Source of the DNA: a virus
Taxonomy: Duplodnaviria; Caudoviricetes
Length of the DNA: 24,497 bases
Strand: one strand, 5' to 3'
IMG/VR virus record: IMGVR_UViG_3300034374_006030
Span: 1 to 24,497 of that record
Below, one piece after another: positions 1 to 6,440 of this stretch; positions within the stretch are counted from its first letter, which is position 1, and each line of letters starts with the position of its first letter. The translations under genes and the position numbers were made by a program. The notes beneath the pieces were generated by a model. The model worked only from the letters and a program-made list of their open reading frames with translations, did not search any database and was not told where the DNA came from.

Positions 1-4
1 ATTC

Positions 5-307
5 GTGGGAAGAAAAAATAACCGTAGGATAATGAATGGTGATGGGGAATGGACTTATCGGTGCTCCCATTGTGAAACCTTCAAAGTAAAAGATGAGTTT
101 CATAACGATAGATCCAAACCCCCATTCTATCTCGCATACAACTGTAAGGATTGTAGAAAGAACGCACAGAAACATCCACAATATAGTTCGTGGGTATTTG
201 AAACGACTGATATATTTTTTGAGAGAATGGGATATGATATTGAGAAAGATATATCAGAACAATTTAGAGAAAGAGTTAAGTTAAAATATGGTATAACAAT
301 AGATTGA
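5..307 (+). CDS. Zinc-finger protein (CxxC...CxxC), possibly 5'-truncated
   Basis: RCSHCETFKVKDEFHNDRSK...YNCKDCRK resembles the Zn-ribbon often found at the N-terminus of phage HNH/EndoVII-like proteins. No nuclease motif is visible. The frame is open to the window edge. Confidence 0.55.
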   Translation: MGRKNNRRIMNGDGEWTYRCSHCETFKVKDEFHNDRSKPPFYLAYNCKDCRKNAQKHPQYSSWVFETTDIFFERMGYDIEKDISEQFRERVKLKYGITID

Positions 308-323
308 TTATCTATTTATTGTT

Positions 324-539
324 ATGAAGAATTTTATTATGGATAAGGTTTTAATGCTCAACGCAGGGATTACTGCCTTGACATTTACGGAAATAGAAGA
401 GTTACTAAAGATTATATTACTCATCTGTTCAATCGCATATACAATCATCAAAATTGTATTAAACAAGAATGGGAATCCTCAACTTGAAGAACAGATAAAA
501 AAATATTTTGAGAAAAAAGACGAGAAAGATTTGGATTGA
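324..539 (+). CDS. Small membrane protein, putative holin
   Basis: 71 aa with hydrophobic segments (LMLNAGITALTF; LLKIILLICSIAYTIIKIVL) and a highly charged C-terminal tail. Confidence 0.5.
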   Translation: MKNFIMDKVLMLNAGITALTFTEIEELLKIILLICSIAYTIIKIVLNKNGNPQLEEQIKKYFEKKDEKDLD

Positions 540-562
540 TAGAACTGTTTGTTGTATATTTG
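530..562 (+). promoter_or_regulatory. Bacteroidota-type primary-sigma promoter P1
   Basis: TTTG (530-533), N21, TATATTTG (555-562). Matches the established -33 TTTG / -7 TAnnTTTG consensus. Confidence 0.75.
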
Positions 563-565
563 TGA

Positions 566-602
566 AACAAACAAACACAGAAACAATAAACACTATGGAA
601 AA
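566..602 (+). repeat. 37-bp leader/start-codon direct repeat, copy 1
   Basis: AACAAACAAACACAGAAACAATAAACACTATGGAAAA, identical at 1804-1840 and 2467-2503. Confidence 0.95.
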
Positions 603-975
603 ATCATCTTACAACGAATGGGAACAATTCTTCAACGATTCATTGGAGCAATACAAAAACACAGATACTGAAGAAATCTGTGAAGAAGATTTGAATGACA
701 TTCTCAATGAAGAAGTTATGATGGAACTTGATTTTGAATCAGAAGTTTTGAAGATGAACTTTGTTGAAAGTATCAACAATCGTCTTATGTCTCACATTCA
801 AAATGAAAACCTTACATACGATAAGGATGAGGTTCATCCAAAGAATGTCATCTGTCAATGGGTTCTTAGCAACCTTCTTGATGAAACAGAGGTAGATGTT
901 CTTATGTCCTACGATAATGACTTTACCGAATATGTTAAAACTATTGACAACCTTGAAGATTTTTTGATGAGTTAA
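595..975 (+). CDS. Acidic hypothetical protein (126 aa), cassette gene 1
   Basis: Start moved from 508 to the in-frame ATG inside the conserved leader (MEKSSYNEW...). About 33 D/E versus 7 K/R by hand count. Confidence 0.8.
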   Translation: MEKSSYNEWEQFFNDSLEQYKNTDTEEICEEDLNDILNEEVMMELDFESEVLKMNFVESINNRLMSHIQNENLTYDKDEVHPKNVICQWVLSNLLDETEVDVLMSYDNDFTEYVKTIDNLEDFLMS

Positions 976-1007
976 TTTGGCAGATTAAAAACTATTCCCT
1001 ATATTTG
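976..1007 (+). promoter_or_regulatory. Bacteroidota-type promoter P2
   Basis: TTTG (976-979), N20, TATATTTG (1000-1007). The leader contains a partial repeat, AAACACAGAAA. Confidence 0.75.
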
Positions 1008-1032
1008 TAAGACAATTAAGAAAAACACAGAA

Positions 1033-1563
1033 ATGAAAAAGACAGACCTTATCCAAAAAGCAAAAGAGCGTTTCTCAAACCTTCCACAAGATGTAGCCGT
1101 TGTTGTTAAATACAAAGGTGAGTTGTTTAGTGAAAGACCCAAAGTATTGAGTTTTAATCGTATCTTGGAAATAATCAGTATGGAAAAACTATACGCACTT
1201 GTTAAAGGTGAAATTATCCAAGAACAACAAGAGTTATGTAAAAATCCAGAATATCAGTTTTTGACTTGTAGAGTTGAAGCCCCTATTGATATTATATCTT
1301 TGGCTTACAACACAAGAAAAAATGATGATGAGTTTTTCCTTGAAAAGTGGGAAGCGGGAAATGGTTGGACTAAATCACATAGAGCAGTTGTCGCAGTACC
1401 AGCAGAATTGTCCTTAATTGAGGCAAAGGTGTTTGTAAATGACTTATGTGAAACTTACAATATCCCTGATTGTCACGTTCTTATCCAATCACTTGATTAC
1501 CCAATCTTTGAGGGTAAGAGATACAGAGACACACCTCAACCCGATTGGAAAAATATCAAATAA
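1033..1563 (+). CDS. Hypothetical protein (176 aa), cassette gene 2
   Basis: Long ORF directly after P2. No recognised domain. Confidence 0.8.
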   Translation: MKKTDLIQKAKERFSNLPQDVAVVVKYKGELFSERPKVLSFNRILEIISMEKLYALVKGEIIQEQQELCKNPEYQFLTCRVEAPIDIISLAYNTRKNDDEFFLEKWEAGNGWTKSHRAVVAVPAELSLIEAKVFVNDLCETYNIPDCHVLIQSLDYPIFEGKRYRDTPQPDWKNIK

Positions 1564-1576
1564 TTCCCTATCTTTA
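1544..1576 (+). promoter_or_regulatory. Bacteroidota-type promoter P3 (variant)
   Basis: ATTG (1544-1547), N21, TATCTTTA (1569-1576), in the shared TAATTC(C/A)CTAT context. Confidence 0.6.
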
Positions 1577-1598
1577 CACTATGAATAACAACAACACT

Positions 1599-1787
1599 AT
1601 GTATGACCTTGAAATTACTTTTTGGAATGAAGATGATAATAACACAAAAGTTATTAAACTAACAACATCTTACCCTGAATATGAAGATGTTGAAGATACA
1701 CTTGAACTTTATGGATTAGATGACTTCAAATCTAATGGTGGAAATTATGATTTTTTTGATGTAAAAGTTTTGGTAGAACAAAACTAA
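1599..1787 (+). CDS. Small acidic hypothetical protein (62 aa; alternative start 1581), cassette gene 3
   Basis: ATG in an AACACTATG context downstream of P3. About 16 D/E versus 4 K. Confidence 0.7.
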   Translation: MYDLEITFWNEDDNNTKVIKLTTSYPEYEDVEDTLELYGLDDFKSNGGNYDFFDVKVLVEQN

Positions 1788-1800
1788 TTCCCTATATTTG
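1769..1800 (+). promoter_or_regulatory. Bacteroidota-type promoter P4
   Basis: TTTG (1769-1772), N20, TATATTTG (1793-1800). Confidence 0.75.
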
Positions 1801-1803
1801 TAG

Positions 1804-1840
1804 AACAAACAAACACAGAAACAATAAACACTATGGAAAA
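1804..1840 (+). repeat. 37-bp leader/start-codon direct repeat, copy 2
   Basis: Identical to 566-602. Confidence 0.95.
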
Positions 1841-2108
1841 CACGATTGAACTTATTGACGGAACTAATGTTCCTTATGAAAACTTTGAACCTTACTTTGA
1901 GGTGAAAACTGATAATGGTTGGGAAATCATCTTTGAGACATTTGGTCGTGATTTTATTAAAAAACATCACGATGTGTTCCAAGAGAAATATAATAGAAGT
2001 ATTGAGTTGGGTATGAGTGAGTTTTTGTTTGAAGGAGATTATGAACTTATTATGGAACTCCTTGATGAATACCCTCAAATCAAAAAACTTTTTGTAAATT
2101 CAAAATAA
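1833..2108 (+). CDS. Acidic hypothetical protein (91 aa), cassette gene 4
   Basis: The ATG lies within repeat copy 2. About 20 D/E versus 9 K/R. Confidence 0.8.
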   Translation: MENTIELIDGTNVPYENFEPYFEVKTDNGWEIIFETFGRDFIKKHHDVFQEKYNRSIELGMSEFLFEGDYELIMELLDEYPQIKKLFVNSK

Positions 2109-2121
2109 TTCACTATCTTTA
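2091..2121 (+). promoter_or_regulatory. Bacteroidota-type promoter P5 (variant)
   Basis: TTTG (2091-2094), N19, TATCTTTA (2114-2121). Confidence 0.65.
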
Positions 2122-2125
2122 CACC

Positions 2126-2145
2126 AACAAACAAACACAGAAACA
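2126..2145 (+). repeat. Partial (20-bp) copy of the leader repeat
   Basis: AACAAACAAACACAGAAACA followed by TTATG. Confidence 0.9.
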
Positions 2146-2147
2146 TT

Positions 2148-2450
2148 ATGACTTACACATTCACACAAGAACAACTTGACCTTTACACAGAAATTGTAAG
2201 TGGTCTCCAAGATTATCAGGGAACAGAGGATAGTCCCGTTGAATACGAAGAGTGGTTGGAAGAAACCTTTGGTGAATATTGGTTGGATTATCAAGGAGAA
2301 GGAGGAAACTTGTATGATTACGAGTTTGAGAGTGAGTTTTGGTATGGATATGTTACTGGTAATTTCTCACCTGATATTCTCAAGTGGATTGAAGATGAGA
2401 AGAAAGAATACGAAAAGTTCGTGGAAGAATATTTGGAAGAAGAGGACTAA
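2148..2450 (+). CDS. Extremely acidic, aromatic-rich protein (100 aa), DNA-mimic candidate, cassette gene 5
   Basis: About 30 D/E, 4 K and no R by hand count. Rich in Y/W/F. Confidence 0.8.
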   Translation: MTYTFTQEQLDLYTEIVSGLQDYQGTEDSPVEYEEWLEETFGEYWLDYQGEGGNLYDYEFESEFWYGYVTGNFSPDILKWIEDEKKEYEKFVEEYLEEED

Positions 2451-2463
2451 TTCACTATCTTTG
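2432..2463 (+). promoter_or_regulatory. Bacteroidota-type promoter P6
   Basis: TTTG (2432-2435), N20, TATCTTTG (2456-2463). Confidence 0.75.
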
Positions 2464-2466
2464 TAA

Positions 2467-2503
2467 AACAAACAAACACAGAAACAATAAACACTATGGA
2501 AAA
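2467..2503 (+). repeat. 37-bp leader/start-codon direct repeat, copy 3
   Basis: Identical to 566-602. Confidence 0.95.
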
Positions 2504-2882
2504 CAACACTATGACCCCCGAACCGATTACCGAAGTATATTACTCTTTTGACGACATTAAAGTCGTAGGAGTCACAGAAGATGGTGTATATGCCATCCAC
2601 CAAGAGTATGAGACAAAAGAATATATGTATCTTTTGTTTAATAGAAAAATGTGGAACAAACTCAACAAAAAATGGTTAGATAGTAAAATGAGATACTGCG
2701 AAATGTATAATGAGTTTTGTGGTGTTGGTGGAGTTCATTCTCATAGTCAATTCCTTAATGAAGGAACTTACCGAGTGTATGATGATGTTAATGACGATGA
2801 TGAAAATACTTGGGGTGGTAAGTTGATTGAAGTCCCCGTATATTATATCTTGGATATTCAAATTGATATGGAACACGGATAA
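2496..2882 (+). CDS. Hypothetical protein (128 aa), cassette gene 6
   Basis: The ATG lies within repeat copy 3. There is a second in-frame AACACTATG start at 2511. Confidence 0.8.
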   Translation: MENNTMTPEPITEVYYSFDDIKVVGVTEDGVYAIHQEYETKEYMYLLFNRKMWNKLNKKWLDSKMRYCEMYNEFCGVGGVHSHSQFLNEGTYRVYDDVNDDDENTWGGKLIEVPVYYILDIQIDMEHG

Positions 2883-3034
2883 TGAGCAGGACTAAAGACC
2901 TTTGGGAAGAATGGGAGGAAGAACAAAGAACTTACCTCCAAAACAAAAGATTGTCTCTCTATCGTTGGTATGGAGAGATGACCAACAAACAAATGTTGGA
3001 TTCAGGATGGGAAGATCTTGACAATAAAGAATAA
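2882..3034 (+). CDS. Small hypothetical protein (50 aa), not in the ORF track
   Basis: TAATG-coupled to the upstream gene. Translates to MSRTKDLWEEWEEEQRTYLQNKRLSLYRWYGEMTNKQMLDSGWEDLDNKE. Confidence 0.65.
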   Translation: MSRTKDLWEEWEEEQRTYLQNKRLSLYRWYGEMTNKQMLDSGWEDLDNKE

Positions 3035-3048
3035 CTCCTGTAATATTA
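3017..3048 (+). promoter_or_regulatory. Possible promoter P7 facing a non-coding stretch
   Basis: CTTG(ACA) at 3017-3023 and TAATATTA at 3041-3048. This reads as a degenerate -33/-7 pair with N20, or as TTGACA-N17-TAATAT. Confidence 0.35.
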
Positions 3049-3051
3049 TAT

Positions 3052-3120
3052 TGTCTCGTAATATTCCATAGTAAAAATGATTCTTCATTTTCAATCCCCT
3101 TGTAATGAGGGGATTTTTTT
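3052..3120 (+). ncRNA. Candidate ~70-nt small RNA (ends approximate)
   Basis: Lies between putative P7 and an intrinsic terminator. Contains a hairpin AAAATGA-TTCT-TCATTTT (3074-3091) and TTCCATAGT (3064-3072), which is complementary to the cassette start region. Confidence 0.3.
3093..3120 (+). terminator. Rho-independent terminator between convergent units
   Basis: AATCCCCT-TGTAATG-AGGGGATT stem running into T7. Confidence 0.85.
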
Positions 3121-3274
3121 ATCTCATAGATTTTCTCTGTAACATACCTGACTCCTCACATAGTTGTGTCTTAAATACAGATGCCAGAGGAAGATTCCTC
3201 ATCTCCCTTGACGATCTACACCGTTGTGTATATCCTACGATACTTTCACCTCTTCTGTATTCAGGTAATATCAT
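3119..3274 (-). CDS. Small two-Cys protein (51 aa), last gene of the late operon, not in the ORF track
   Basis: ATGA-coupled to the adaptor gene. Translates to MILPEYRRGESIVGYTQRCRSSREMRNLPLASVFKTQLCEESGMLQRKSMR, resembling the short phage P..K.GE...F..RC...C family. Confidence 0.6.
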   Translation of the reverse strand: MILPEYRRGESIVGYTQRCRSSREMRNLPLASVFKTQLCEESGMLQRKSMR

Positions 3275-3774
3275 ATTACCAATCCTCCGTATAGTTTATT
3301 TTTTGGTTGAGCCTGTTGAGTTCCATCATCACTACCACAGATCTCATATTCAGGAAACAAATTACGGTTCTTAAAAACCCATTTATTACATCTTTGACTG
3401 AAGTATTCAGCCAAGTCCTTGTATTCACTTTTAAGGGTTCTATACACACTTAAATCACTTGAGGAACTATTCTCTGATGACTCCTGTTGTAATCCTCTGT
3501 TACTGAACTTGGATAATAGGTTTGTAACAGAATAGTATAGAGACCAATATGTGACAACATCAACACAGTATTCATCAACGAGATATTTGTAATCTCCTGA
3601 TAAAGTTCCGTTCTGAATTTCAGTGTATAACTTATCTATTAGTTTATCACCCAACACTTCTGTTAGATTCACCTTTTGAGCCAATATCAAGGCTGGTTTG
3701 AGGTTTTGACTCAATAAGTTTCTATCAAGTAATGTTTGGTCTAATACGTAATTTTCTGATACTATAAAAATCAT
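3271..3774 (-). CDS. Putative head-tail adaptor/connector
   Basis: 167 aa, directly after the portal. The AQ...L..VLG..L...L, DY..LVDEY and FPEY pattern is typical of the post-portal gene in Bacteroidota phages. Confidence 0.6.
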   Translation of the reverse strand: MIFIVSENYVLDQTLLDRNLLSQNLKPALILAQKVNLTEVLGDKLIDKLYTEIQNGTLSGDYKYLVDEYCVDVVTYWSLYYSVTNLLSKFSNRGLQQESSENSSSSDLSVYRTLKSEYKDLAEYFSQRCNKWVFKNRNLFPEYEICGSDDGTQQAQPKNKLYGGLVI

Positions 3775-4856
3775 TCTGAAAAATAGTTTGTGAATTTATT
3801 TATTATATTAACGGGTTGGTTGTATTTCATAGCGAGTATTACTTCCAATCCTTCGTTCATATCATCAATCTTCGGCTTCAAGATATAGTTTCTCCAATGT
3901 TCTGTTGCGACCTTTAACTCATCAGCATTCTGTGAGAATGGGTTTGAACTGAATGAATGAATACCCAATAACAATGGGGAACTTATCTGCCAAGATGTAA
4001 GGACGGATTGTGAAGCGTATCCCAATACATCTACATAATATCCATCACCTACCGTTGATTGTATCGGTGTAATCTGTGCTGCTTCTTCAGGACTTGATGC
4101 GAAACCTAACATCAACTTTTGTCCATCAGCACCTGAATATACATCAACCAATTCTTGTTTAACTCTGTTTCTTTCTGACTCTGTTGGATTTCCAAACAAC
4201 TGAATAAATAGGTTTGGAGTTAAATTTGAGTCAATTGCTTTCTTATGCCACTCAAAGATGGCACCTTCCAATACGATTCCGGGAATACCTGACTGGTATG
4301 GAACAACAGGATATACATCATTTTCTGATGGAACATATCTCTTATAGTAGAACATTTGTCTTTGTTCCTTATTTTCAGGATTTACTTCACCATATGTGAT
4401 GATTGGATTCCTTCTTAAATCACTCCAGTCGTCTGAATAATAAAAAGTATCAGGATGTTTCTGATCCATACCCAAATATCCACATCTAACTTTTTGGAAT
4501 GGGATATGATATAATGAAGCGACTGCCGTTCTATCTTTTGTATAAATAATTTCGCAGCAAAACCCACCGAACAAATACCAATCATATAATAACTTACGAT
4601 ATAAAGATGAGAACTTCTCCGTTGTATTTATCAAACCATTACCTAAACCTTCTATTTCAACACCATCACCGAAACTCATAGTTACGGTAGAATCACACGC
4701 TACAGAGTGTATAGGAGAGTTTTCTTTCAACTCTATTAGATATTGAGGATAGAGGTTAGATTTACCCCATTGGACGTAATCATACCTCTTATTTTTAACC
4801 TCTGTATTCGGTTGTATCTCTATACCTTCTATACTAAATGCTTCAAAGTTTTTCAT
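3771..4856 (-). CDS. Portal protein
   Basis: Portal-like motifs WGKSNLYPQYLIEL..NSP.H, DWYLFGGF..EII, LYHIPFQKVR, YP..PY, N..PN..I, SPLLLGI. Confidence 0.85.
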   Translation of the reverse strand: MKNFEAFSIEGIEIQPNTEVKNKRYDYVQWGKSNLYPQYLIELKENSPIHSVACDSTVTMSFGDGVEIEGLGNGLINTTEKFSSLYRKLLYDWYLFGGFCCEIIYTKDRTAVASLYHIPFQKVRCGYLGMDQKHPDTFYYSDDWSDLRRNPIITYGEVNPENKEQRQMFYYKRYVPSENDVYPVVPYQSGIPGIVLEGAIFEWHKKAIDSNLTPNLFIQLFGNPTESERNRVKQELVDVYSGADGQKLMLGFASSPEEAAQITPIQSTVGDGYYVDVLGYASQSVLTSWQISSPLLLGIHSFSSNPFSQNADELKVATEHWRNYILKPKIDDMNEGLEVILAMKYNQPVNIINKFTNYFSE

Positions 4857-4877
4857 ATTATATCTTATATTTTATAA

Positions 4878-6437
4878 TTATATGGGACAAACATCAACAG
4901 GTGATGAACAATCTAAATCCCAATTAACATCTCGTTTCATTGTTTGATCAGCCCAAGTAGTATAACATCTATAGTAATCACTCGCACCGACTGAACCAGT
5001 ATTATCAATAGAAATTTCTATTTCGTAAATTGTATTATCAAAGTCATAACTTACTCTTGGTGTGTCACTTTCAAATCCTGTATATCCCTGACAATTTCCA
5101 CCTATGTAGTTACTATCAATAAATAGTGAAGTCCAAGTATTCGTATCATCATTTGTATTACCTGTAACAGTGAATGAATATTGGTCAATACCAGATTGTG
5201 GTATATCAATTTCAGTTATACTACATCCTGTGATTGCTCCACTCGCAATACCTTCAAGATAATACTTCAATCCCAAACTATCTGCCAATCCTCCATAATG
5301 GAATCCTCTAAATGTTGTTGATGGAGTTCTTGAACTCAAATAACTTGATACTCCTAATTTAGCAGAATCAGGTTCATCAATTAAGAATGCTTGTCCATAA
5401 AAACCTGGACTTGGACTTGGAGTCATAGTCATTGTTGGAGTGATTGACGGAGTATTAGTAGGTGTCTGTGTGTTGGTAGGAGTCACCGTCGGTGTGACAC
5501 TACTCGTTGGAGTTACAGTGTTAGTAGGAGTTATACTCGGTGTAGGAGTTACAGTAGCGGTATTGGTGGGTGTCGGTGTCGGTTGAACTAAATTAACCGT
5601 AACAGGACATACACACGCTGATGTATCAACACTTGTCAATCCCCAAGTTTGTATCACTTCACCTGGTAATAATTCAGGTGTAAAGTTATATTCTATTTGA
5701 TGTTCTCCAACAGGGAATGTTCTTGTTCCACTATAGTTAGTTCCCAAACTACCCGTCATATATCCTGATACTTCATAATCACATAATGATTCAGCAGGAC
5801 TTGTTAATGCCGCATCATTCCATAAGTTGATTCTTATCTTATCACCACCCGAAATAAATCCACCTATGTATTGTGTCGTGGGACTACAAGAAGGTGTTGG
5901 AGTTACTGTCGGGGTCTGTGTCATCGTTGGAGTATTAGTCGGAGTCATAGTCATCGTAGGAGTGACTGACGGAGTTATACTCGGAGTAGGGGTATTTGTG
6001 GGTGTAGCAGAAATCGTTGGAAGTGGAGTAGGTTCAACAGGATAATATGTTTCACCAGTTCCACCTGAATAATAGAACGTATCACCAAATGACTGGTCAA
6101 AGAATAATATACCTGCTTCAAGTTTTTCACCCGATAATGACGGGTCTAAATTCGTTGAACTAACTTGTTCCCTAATTGAGTAGAAGAATTGTCCCACCTC
6201 GTCAATATAAACCCTTCCATTTACACGATCTTCGGTCTCATATACTCCTACCTTGAAAATGTCATATCTGTTGTTATATGGACTCCCTGTGACTGATGTG
6301 ACGTTTTCAGGGATTACCTGATATTTCTTACCTGTCTGTAAGTGTTCCATACTTAATAGATAATACGGATTTGAGAGTGTCTTATGAACTGACACACTCA
6401 CATACAATAAATTTTCACCACCTGATATATATAACAT
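4878..6437 (-). CDS. Virion structural protein: ~120-aa pre-portal domain, two Pro/Thr linkers and two appended domains
   Basis: The N-terminal NPYYL...RYD.F...GQF.Y.I.EQ.SSTNLDP...E.G domain resembles the gene that precedes the portal in related phages. (TP)n tracts at ~5890-6035 and ~5400-5590. Confidence 0.65.
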   Translation of the reverse strand: MLYISGGENLLYVSVSVHKTLSNPYYLLSMEHLQTGKKYQVIPENVTSVTGSPYNNRYDIFKVGVYETEDRVNGRVYIDEVGQFFYSIREQVSSTNLDPSLSGEKLEAGILFFDQSFGDTFYYSGGTGETYYPVEPTPLPTISATPTNTPTPSITPSVTPTMTMTPTNTPTMTQTPTVTPTPSCSPTTQYIGGFISGGDKIRINLWNDAALTSPAESLCDYEVSGYMTGSLGTNYSGTRTFPVGEHQIEYNFTPELLPGEVIQTWGLTSVDTSACVCPVTVNLVQPTPTPTNTATVTPTPSITPTNTVTPTSSVTPTVTPTNTQTPTNTPSITPTMTMTPSPSPGFYGQAFLIDEPDSAKLGVSSYLSSRTPSTTFRGFHYGGLADSLGLKYYLEGIASGAITGCSITEIDIPQSGIDQYSFTVTGNTNDDTNTWTSLFIDSNYIGGNCQGYTGFESDTPRVSYDFDNTIYEIEISIDNTGSVGASDYYRCYTTWADQTMKRDVNWDLDCSSPVDVCPI

Positions 6438-6440
6438 AAT

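Noticed and set aside
508-594. Upstream starts given in the ORF track (508, also 1545, 7448, 8864, 9066)
   Set aside because: They run through promoters or overlap upstream genes. Downstream ATGs with conserved leaders or stop/start coupling are better supported.
566-2503. 37-bp repeats as a CRISPR array
   Set aside because: The spacing is hundreds of bp and irregular, the intervening DNA is whole genes, the repeat is not palindromic, and there are no cas genes.
530-2503. Integron attC-type cassettes
   Set aside because: The junctions have no imperfect inverted-repeat (RYYYAAC...GTTRRRY) structure, there is no integrase in the window, and each gene has its own promoter.
1716-2876. - strand ORFs 1716..2078, 2100..2294, 2367..2603, 2676..2876, two sharing VFHSVYCFCVCLFYK
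   Set aside because: They are antisense to well-supported + genes, and the shared peptide is simply the reverse-complement translation of the leader repeat.
3105-3374. + strand 89-aa ORF
   Set aside because: It starts inside the terminator loop and is antisense to the adaptor gene and the 51-aa gene.
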